Source: Allosphingosinicella sp.
Lineage (GTDB): Bacteria; Pseudomonadota; Alphaproteobacteria; Sphingomonadales; Sphingomonadaceae
Direction: 5' to 3'
Length of the DNA stretch: 64,000 nucleotides
Assembly (NCBI GenBank): GCA_036388975.1
Contig: DASVQT010000054.1
Span: forward strand, 5,838 to 69,837
The notes below the pieces were generated by a model. The model was given only the letters and a program-made list of their open reading frames with translations, made no database searches and was not told where the DNA came from. Below are positions 44,506-51,481 of the stretch, piece by piece; positions within the stretch are counted from its first letter, which is position 1; each line of letters starts with the position of its first letter. A program made the position numbers and the translations under genes.

Positions 44506-46689
44506 CTATCCCTTGCCGCGCAGGCGCCGGCCGAGATGGCGCTCGATATCGGGCGCGGCCTCGCGGAAGGAGTCGAGCGCGTCGCCGAGGCCGGTGCCGG
44601 TGCGGGCTGCGTCTTCCACGGCGCGGGCGCGCTCGGACACGCGGTTGAGGCCGAGCATGCCGGCCTGCGAGATGATCTTGTGGGCATCGACGATCACCGC
44701 GTTCGGATCGGAGCCGGGTTCGGCGGCGCAGACCGAATCCGCGAGCTTCTGGAGGTCCTCGACATAGGTGCCGAGTCGTCCGGCGGGGATGGCTTCGGCG
44801 ACGCCGTTGAACGCCGCTTCGTCGAAGGCGCCGTCGTCCTCCGCCGGATCGGGCGCAGCCGCGGCGGGCGCGGCGGCGGCGGGCAGGGCCGCCGGGCGGG
44901 GGCGCGACGGGGAGGCGGCGAGCGCGGCGGCGATGGCGGCGTTGAGTTCGCGCTGGCGCACCGGTTTCGCGACATGGCCGTTCATGCCGGCCTGGAGGAA
45001 TTCGGTGACCTGCTGGGGAAGGACGTTGGCGGTCATGGCGACGATGGGGATGTTGCCGAAGGGCGGCGGGAGCTTGCGGATTTCGCGAGTGGCGGTGATG
45101 CCGTCCATGCGCGGCATCTGGATGTCCATCAGAACGAGGTCGAAATGCCGCGCCTGGACCGCGTGCACGGCTTCGAGGCCGTCGTCGACGATGACGACGT
45201 CGTGGCCGGCGCGGGAGATCATCGCCTTGGCGAGCTCCTGGTTCATCGGCAGGTCCTCGGCGACGAGGATGCAGGCGGCGTGGCCTGGGAGAGCCGCGGC
45301 CTCCTCGCCGAACAAAGACGGGCGCTCGGCCTTGGGAAGGGTGACGGTGAACCAGAAGCTGCTGCCCTGGCCGGGCTGGCTCAAGAAGCCGATCTCGCCG
45401 CCCATCAGCTCCACGAGCTGCTTGGAGATGCTGAGGCCGAGGCCGGTGCCGCCGTAGCGCCGGGTGATCGAGGCGTCGGCCTGGGCGAATGGGCGGAAGA
45501 GCTGGGCCTGGCTGTCGGGATCGATGCCGAGCCCGGTGTCGGTGACGGTGAAGCGGATGCGCTCGCGCTCGCCCTCGGTGGCCTGGCGCGCGACGGCGAG
45601 GGAGACGAGGCCTTCGGCGGTGAACTTCACCGCATTGTTGAGGAGATTGAGCAGCACCTGGCGGAGGCGGGTCTCGTCGCCGAGGTAGAAGGGGGGAAGG
45701 CAGGGATCGATCGCGACCCGCATTTCCAGGCCCTTATGTTCGGCGCTGCCGCGCACGATCGAGACGCTGTTGTCGACCAGGGTTTCGAGCGCGAAGGGTT
45801 CGGGCGAAAGCTCGATCTTGCCGGCTTCGATCTTGGAGAAATCGAGCAGGTCGTTGACCACGGTGAGGAGCATGGTGCCCGCGCCCTGGATGAGCTCCAC
45901 TTCGCGCCGCTGCGCGCCCTTTACTTCAGGATCGGTGAGAAGAAGGTCGGCAAAGCCGATGATGGAATTGAGCGGCGTGCGGATTTCGTGGCTCATGACG
46001 GCGAGGAAGTCGCTCTTCGCACGCGTGGCGTTCTCGGCGCGGCGGCGGGCGTCGGCGAGCTGCTGGGCCCAGAGCCGGGCGGGGCGGACGAGGACGATCC
46101 AGGCGAGGCCGATGAGCAGAAGCGCGATGAGGCTGGTGCCGAGATTGATCCAAAGATAGCGGCTCGTTTCGCGGCGCGTGTCGTCGATGAAGGCGCGCGA
46201 CCGTTCCTCAATCGAGGCGAGGCCGCGGCGGTAGCCGGTGACGAGGTTGCGGTAGCGCGGGTTGGAGAGGAGGGCGCGGGCCTCCTCCCGCCGGTCGGCG
46301 ACGGCGAGGTCGAGCGCGAGATATTCGATGCCGGCGATTTCCTGCTCGGCGCGCTCGACGAGGTTGAAGGTGGCGCGGTTCTCGGGAAGCTGGATGGCGG
46401 TGCGCAGCTGCTGCACCGCTTCCCTCAGTTCGGGGCGAACCTCGCCGTAGCGCACGGCATGGCTTTCGTCACCGGTGGCGATCGCCATCTGGACGAGCAG
46501 CTCCAGCACTTCGCTTTCATGCTGGAGCCGTTCGGAAGCGGCGATCACGGTCACCTGGCTGGTGGTGACGGTGCGGATGCGCTGCGACACGATCCAGGTC
46601 GTCGCCGCCGAAGCGAGCGCGATCAGGACCATCACGACGATGCCGACGACCACTGCGCGGATCGGGAAAGCGGGGGCGCCCCTGTTCAT
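44506..46689 (-). CDS. Hybrid sensor histidine kinase (2 TM, HisKA, HATPase_c, REC, Hpt)
   Basis: ORF 44506..46752; the start is the ATG at 46687-46689 (MNRGAPAF), which overlaps the upstream stop. Features are the H-box SHEIRTPLN, the G2 box GTGLGLSISK, REC (LVLMDIQMPRMDG...AKP) and a C-terminal Hpt (VDAHKIISQAGMLG). Confidence 0.9.
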   Translation of the reverse strand: MNRGAPAFPIRAVVVGIVVMVLIALASAATTWIVSQRIRTVTTSQVTVIAASERLQHESEVLELLVQMAIATGDESHAVRYGEVRPELREAVQQLRTAIQLPENRATFNLVERAEQEIAGIEYLALDLAVADRREEARALLSNPRYRNLVTGYRRGLASIEERSRAFIDDTRRETSRYLWINLGTSLIALLLIGLAWIVLVRPARLWAQQLADARRRAENATRAKSDFLAVMSHEIRTPLNSIIGFADLLLTDPEVKGAQRREVELIQGAGTMLLTVVNDLLDFSKIEAGKIELSPEPFALETLVDNSVSIVRGSAEHKGLEMRVAIDPCLPPFYLGDETRLRQVLLNLLNNAVKFTAEGLVSLAVARQATEGERERIRFTVTDTGLGIDPDSQAQLFRPFAQADASITRRYGGTGLGLSISKQLVELMGGEIGFLSQPGQGSSFWFTVTLPKAERPSLFGEEAAALPGHAACILVAEDLPMNQELAKAMISRAGHDVVIVDDGLEAVHAVQARHFDLVLMDIQMPRMDGITATREIRKLPPPFGNIPIVAMTANVLPQQVTEFLQAGMNGHVAKPVRQRELNAAIAAALAASPSRPRPAALPAAAAPAAAAPDPAEDDGAFDEAAFNGVAEAIPAGRLGTYVEDLQKLADSVCAAEPGSDPNAVIVDAHKIISQAGMLGLNRVSERARAVEDAARTGTGLGDALDSFREAAPDIERHLGRRLRGKG

Positions 46690-48104
46690 TTCGCGTTGAA
46701 GCCTTTCCTGGTCATCGTGCCCCAGCCCTGCTGCTTGTTGAGGAACTGCCACCAGCCCCGGATGCGCCAGAAATTGGCGAGCTGCCGGTAGCCGAAATTC
46801 TCCGCTACCGCGATTGCGGTTAAGATTGCGAGGTCGCGCGCCCGGGGGAAGCGCCGCAGTTCCACCTCCTCGAGGATCAAAGTGGCGGCGCTGACGAAGA
46901 TGCCGAGCGTGAAGGTGACGGCGAGAAAGGCGAGGAGATAGTCGACCGAGAGGAGCCCGAGGCCCCAGAGCAGGGGCACGAGGATGTAGCCGAACACTTC
47001 TACCAGGGGACCCAGCACGTCGACGACGAGGATGTGGCCGAAGCCGAGAAAGCCGACGCGGCCGTAGCGCGGGTTGAAGAGCATTTTCTTGTGGCGGAAG
47101 AAAGTTTCGAGCGCGCCGCGCTGCCAGCGAGCGCGCTGGCGGCCGAGGACGGCGAGGCTTTCGGGCACTTCGGTCCAGCAGACCGGCTCCGGGATGAAGT
47201 CGATCCGGTAGGGCTCCTTCTTCTCGCGGTAAAGGCGGTGGAGCTTGATGACGAGCTCCATGTCCTCGCCCACCGTGCCGTGGCTGTAGCCGCCGACGCG
47301 AAGCGCCGCATGGCGCTGGAAGATGCCGAAGGCGCCGGAAATGACGGTGAGCGCCTGCATGGAGGACAATGCGAGCCGCGCCATCAGGAAGGCGCGCAGA
47401 TATTCGACGATCTGGACCAAGGCGAGGAAGTTCCCGGGCAGCTTCATGTCGACGACCTGGCCGGCCTCGATCCGGCTGCCGTTGGCGATGCGGATGGTGC
47501 CGCCGACCGCGAGCGTCTTCCTCGGCTCCTCGATGAAGGGGCGGACGGCGCGCAGGAGGGCGTCCGATTCGAGGAGCGAGTCGGCGTCCATGGAGCAGAA
47601 GAGGGGGGAGCGGGCGACGTTGATGCCGGCGTTGAGCGCATCCGATTTGCCGCCATTCTCCTTGTCGACGACGAGCAGGCGGGGGAGGCGGGGCGTGGCG
47701 TAAAGGCCGCGGATCGGCTGATGCTTGACCGCGATGTCATGGTAGCGCTCGACCCGCTCCAGCCCGAAATGATCGACGACGGTGGCGAGGGTCGCGTCCT
47801 TCGAGCCGTCGTTGATCACGATCACTTCGAAATCGGGATAATGGAGGGCGAGGAGCGAATTGACGCTTTCGACGATGGTCAGCTCTTCGTTGAAGGCGGG
47901 GGCGAGGAGGGCGATGCCCGGCGCTTCGTCCGCATAGCGGCGCCACAGGATCGAGGCCCTGGCGATGGGCGGGCGGCGGCCGAGCGCGGCGCCGGCAAAG
48001 GCGAGCTGGACGATGTAGAAGAAGGTCTGCAGCAGGCCCGTCGCGATGACGAGGAGCACGACCGCCTGCGCGGCCCACAGGCCCCATGCCTCGTACCAGG
48101 TCAT
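46686..48104 (-). CDS. Processive family-2 glycosyltransferase (PgaC/NodC/BcsA-like polysaccharide synthase)
   Basis: ORF 46686..48338; the start is the ATG at 48102-48104 (MTWYEAWG). Features are an N-terminal TM, NDGSKD, DADS, GEDMEL, QRARWQRG (Q(Q/R)xRW) and multiple C-terminal TMs. Confidence 0.9.
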   Translation of the reverse strand: MTWYEAWGLWAAQAVVLLVIATGLLQTFFYIVQLAFAGAALGRRPPIARASILWRRYADEAPGIALLAPAFNEELTIVESVNSLLALHYPDFEVIVINDGSKDATLATVVDHFGLERVERYHDIAVKHQPIRGLYATPRLPRLLVVDKENGGKSDALNAGINVARSPLFCSMDADSLLESDALLRAVRPFIEEPRKTLAVGGTIRIANGSRIEAGQVVDMKLPGNFLALVQIVEYLRAFLMARLALSSMQALTVISGAFGIFQRHAALRVGGYSHGTVGEDMELVIKLHRLYREKKEPYRIDFIPEPVCWTEVPESLAVLGRQRARWQRGALETFFRHKKMLFNPRYGRVGFLGFGHILVVDVLGPLVEVFGYILVPLLWGLGLLSVDYLLAFLAVTFTLGIFVSAATLILEEVELRRFPRARDLAILTAIAVAENFGYRQLANFWRIRGWWQFLNKQQGWGTMTRKGFNAK

Positions 48105-49135
48105 GAAAGCCCGCGCTCGGCGAGGGTCAGGGCGGCGGCGGTGCGGGCGGGCTCGGCCGGATCGGCCGCGGCGCCGCGAAGGTACGAGGCGCCCTCCTCG
48201 CCCATGCGCGCCAAGGCCTCGCCGGAGCGGAAGCGGACCCACCAGGTGCGGTCGCCGAGACGCTCGCGAAGCTGGGCGCCGAGGCGGATGAGGCCGATCC
48301 GCCCGGCGGCTTCGGCGGCGGCGGCGCGCACTTCCCAATCGGGGCTGCCGAGGCCGCGCCGCACGGCGGGCTCGGCGGCCGGGTGGCCGAAGGCGCCGAG
48401 CGCGGCGAGGTAGCGGGGCAGCGCTTCGTCGGCGGCGTCGCAGGTGACGGCGAGGGTGGTGACGAGCGGGACGAGGGCATAGTCGCCCGAAGCGGAGAGG
48501 GCTTCGATCGCCGCAGCCTTGGCGCCGGAGGGCACCGTCGCGTCGAGGATCAGGGCGCGGATCTCTTCGGGCTTGGTCGGGGCGATGTCGCGGAAAAGGG
48601 AGACGACGAGGAGGGAGTTCTCGGTGGTGCCGATGCCGAGCAGGTCGACGAGCGCGCGCGCTGGCGGCGCCTTGCCGATCGAGGCGAGCGAAAGGGCGGC
48701 GCTGAGGCGCACGTCGGGGTTCGAGTCACTGAGGGCGGCGGTGAGGCGGTCGATCGTCGCATCGTCGGGGAATTCGGCGAGCGCTTCGGCGGCGGACAGG
48801 CGGACGCGGGTCGAGCCGGAACCGAGCTGATGGCGCAGGCGCTCCGGGACGCCCATGCGGGTCGCGGCGTCCACGAAGCGCTCCCGGTCGCTGCCGCGCA
48901 CCAGCTGGATGAGCTCGATCGAGAGTTCGGCGAGGAGATCGCCGCGGGCGCTGCGGCCGAGCCGGGTCGGCGGGCGGGAGCCGAGCAGGATCGGGATCAG
49001 CCGCCGCCGCTCGGTTTCGCGCGCGCGGCCCGTCGCGCCGAGGACGAGGCGGGCGAGGATGAGGCCGATCATGATCAGAAGCGCGGCGCCGGCGATCGCC
49101 AGCGCGATCCACCAGAGCAGGACGAGGCCGCTCAA
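48101..49135 (-). CDS. Membrane-anchored HEAT-repeat protein
   Basis: N-terminal TM (LVLLWWIALAIAGAALLIMIGLILARL), then repeated ...VR.AAA.AL... HEAT/PBS-lyase-like units (DSNPDVRLSAALSLA; SPDWEVRAAAAEAAG; DRTWWVRFRSGEALA). It has an apparent TTG start. Confidence 0.7.
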   Translation of the reverse strand: MSGLVLLWWIALAIAGAALLIMIGLILARLVLGATGRARETERRRLIPILLGSRPPTRLGRSARGDLLAELSIELIQLVRGSDRERFVDAATRMGVPERLRHQLGSGSTRVRLSAAEALAEFPDDATIDRLTAALSDSNPDVRLSAALSLASIGKAPPARALVDLLGIGTTENSLLVVSLFRDIAPTKPEEIRALILDATVPSGAKAAAIEALSASGDYALVPLVTTLAVTCDAADEALPRYLAALGAFGHPAAEPAVRRGLGSPDWEVRAAAAEAAGRIGLIRLGAQLRERLGDRTWWVRFRSGEALARMGEEGASYLRGAAADPAEPARTAAALTLAERGLS

Positions 49136-50253
49136 AAGCGAAACCCGAGGCCGATCCCCGCCTGGAGGCGGTCCGAGCCGGTTTCGCGATCCTCGTGCGC
49201 GAGCGAGACGCGGAGGGTCGCCCGGTCGGACAGATCGTAGGCGGCGCCGCCGAAGATGCTGAACGTGTCGGTGACGACGCCCTCGCTCACGTCCGGCGCG
49301 TCGGCGATGCCGGCGAACAGGCGGAAGCGGTCGGTCGCCATGACGTCGCCGCGGGCGAGCCAGCCGCTATTGTGATCGCCGGTTTCGTCGAAGATGTTGA
49401 TCCAGCGCGCGGTGAGCCAGGCGCGGCCGCCGGCGACATATTGTTCGATGCCGGGCGAAACGGTCTGGATGTCGCCGGCGCGGTAATGGGCCTGGCGGGC
49501 GTCGATGGTGAGGGAGGTCGGAGTCTCGCCGCCGACGACGCGGACCGCGCCGCCGGCGCCGATCTGCCATTCGGGGCGGAAGTCGGCGTTGGGCGTGCCG
49601 CCGACGGTGACGTAGGCGCTGGCGCCCTCCGAGAAACGGTGGTCGAGGCGGAGCTCGCCGTAGGTGTCGGTGTTGCCGAAGCGGCGCGAGACTTCGACGC
49701 TGCCGCCGACCGCCGTGTCGTCGCGCGCCTGGTAGCGCAATTGGACAGTGCCTTCGCGCCAGTCGGGCTGGGCGCCGTCCAGCTCGCTGTGGCTCGCATC
49801 GACGTTGAGCTGCCAGCGATAGGGCGTGTCCGTTGCCGTTTCTTCGGGCGCGGAGAGCTGGGTGCGCAGGCCCGCGGCGTCGCGGTTCGTCGGGCTGACC
49901 GGCTCGAGGGCGGCGAGGGCGCCGGCGCGGTTGCCGCGGCGCTGCTCGACGCGGGCGAGGGCGATGTGTGCGTCTTCGTAATCGGGGGCGAGGGCGAGCG
50001 TGCGGCGGAGCGCGCTTTCGGCCTCGGCGAGCCGGTTGTCGGCAAGTAGGGCGAGGCCGAGCTGGAGCTGCGCGTCCGCATTGTCGGGCTGCGCGGCCAC
50101 CGCCTGGCGGAGGAGCGAGACGGCGCGGCGCGCGTCTCCGGCGTGGCGGGCGGCGACGCCGTCGCGGTAAAGCTGCTCGGCATCGGGCGCTGCGGCGGGC
50201 TGGGTCGCCGATACGAGGGCGAGGGCGGCGAAGCCGAGGAGGCGGCGCTTCAC
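49132..50253 (-). CDS. TPR plus YaiO-like outer-membrane beta-barrel protein
   Basis: Signal peptide and N-terminal TPRs (AVSLLRQAVAAQPDNADAQLQLGLALL...). The C-terminal half has alternating beta-strand patterning ending ...LQAGIGLGFRF (terminal aromatic). It has a GTG start. Confidence 0.75.
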   Translation of the reverse strand: MKRRLLGFAALALVSATQPAAAPDAEQLYRDGVAARHAGDARRAVSLLRQAVAAQPDNADAQLQLGLALLADNRLAEAESALRRTLALAPDYEDAHIALARVEQRRGNRAGALAALEPVSPTNRDAAGLRTQLSAPEETATDTPYRWQLNVDASHSELDGAQPDWREGTVQLRYQARDDTAVGGSVEVSRRFGNTDTYGELRLDHRFSEGASAYVTVGGTPNADFRPEWQIGAGGAVRVVGGETPTSLTIDARQAHYRAGDIQTVSPGIEQYVAGGRAWLTARWINIFDETGDHNSGWLARGDVMATDRFRLFAGIADAPDVSEGVVTDTFSIFGGAAYDLSDRATLRVSLAHEDRETGSDRLQAGIGLGFRF

Positions 50254-50627
50254 CGGGCCTGCTCCCCGGCGAGGCGGGCGAGGCGGGCCACCAATTCCTC
50301 GGGGATGAAGGGCTTCACCATGTAATCGCTGGCGCCGAGATCGAGGGCGCGGAGCACGTCCGTTTCCTGCTTGCGGGCGGTGAGCATGATCACGGGCGTG
50401 GCGGCGGTGGCCGGGTCTTCGCGGAGGCGCCGGAGCACCTCATAGCCGTCGACCACCGGCATCATGGCGTCGAGCACGATCGCGTCGGGCGCCTCTTCGG
50501 CGAGCCGCGCCATCGCTTCGCCGCCGTCGCGGGCGACGATCACCTCCCAGCCGCGGGCCGCGAGGCGATATTGGACGAGGTCGACCAGCAAGGGATCGTC
50601 GTCGCACAGCAAGACTTTTCTACTCAT
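50250..50627 (-). CDS. Single-domain response regulator (REC only)
   Basis: 125 aa with CDDD, LDAMMPVVDG, T and KPF. It shows 76/116 identities with the REC domain of 43832..44476 by my hand alignment. Confidence 0.9.
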   Translation of the reverse strand: MSRKVLLCDDDPLLVDLVQYRLAARGWEVIVARDGGEAMARLAEEAPDAIVLDAMMPVVDGYEVLRRLREDPATAATPVIMLTARKQETDVLRALDLGASDYMVKPFIPEELVARLARLAGEQAR

Positions 50628-50751
50628 AAGCTACCCGATCCCCGGCGGCGGCCCGTACCGTTTCACCTGTAACGGCCCTGGCGGCAGCTTCGATCCAACA
50701 GGTGCGACGCCCTGCCATGCCCGCGCGGCGGGGGGAAGCCGGCACTTGTGC

Positions 50752-51105
50752 CTATCCAAGCAGCGTTTCGAGCGCGCGGGCGACCTGCGCCTCGCGATAG
50801 GGCTTGGGGAGGACCAAAGTCTCCTCATGGCCGGGCTCCAGCCCGTGGCGGCCGTAGCCGGTCGCGAAGAGATAGGGAATGCCGCGCCCGCGCAGCGCTT
50901 CGGCGACTCCGTAGCTCGTCTCGCCGCCCATGTTCACGTCGAGGATCGCGGCGTCGATCGCCGCGGTGCGGGCGAGATCGAGCGCGGCGGCGATGCGAAA
51001 AGCCGGGCCGACCACGTCATAGCCGAGATCGTCCAGCATGTCCTGGAGGGACAGGGCGACAATCGGCTCGTCTTCCACCACGAGGATGAGCTTCGGCTTC
51101 GGCAT
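50752..51105 (-). CDS. Single-domain response regulator of the FAT GUY (SdrG-like) family
   Basis: ORF 50752..51156; the likely start is MPKPKLILVVEDE (51105). IPYLFATGYG matches the PFxFATG(G/Y) motif. Confidence 0.85.
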   Translation of the reverse strand: MPKPKLILVVEDEPIVALSLQDMLDDLGYDVVGPAFRIAAALDLARTAAIDAAILDVNMGGETSYGVAEALRGRGIPYLFATGYGRHGLEPGHEETLVLPKPYREAQVARALETLLG

Positions 51106-51226
51106 TCGTATCGGCACCCAAACGAGCTTGATCCAGATCAAGTTTGGCGGGCGCATTGGTCCCGCCCGCCGATTCGGTCAAGAACGGATCGGCAGGGAAT
51201 CGATGCGGAACTATGGACGGCTGAGT

Positions 51227-51443
51227 GCTGCAAGCCGCCCTTCGACAGGCTCAGGGCTAGCGGTGGTGAGAAGCGCTCGAAGCACCGCACACCCGCTAGG
51301 GCTGAGCTTGTCGAAGTCCGGATCGTTCTCGCCGGGCCAAGCGACCTCGTGCTGCAATCCGCCCCTCGAAGGCCCAAGGCTAGCGGGTTTCACATCCAGA
51401 CGATGCGATACCGCCCGCTAGGGCTGAGCTTGTCGAAGCCCGG
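51227..51443. repeat. Cluster of four family A repeat units (alternating orientation)
   Basis: Units lie at about 51227-51265 (fwd), 51289-51322 (rev), 51350-51388 (fwd, degenerate) and 51411-51443 (rev). The core is TTCGACAGGCTCAG(G/C)GCTAGCGG and its complement. Confidence 0.8.
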
Positions 51444-51481
51444 TTTGCCGGCTGCCGATCAAGCGAGCCGTGTTCCGCGGC

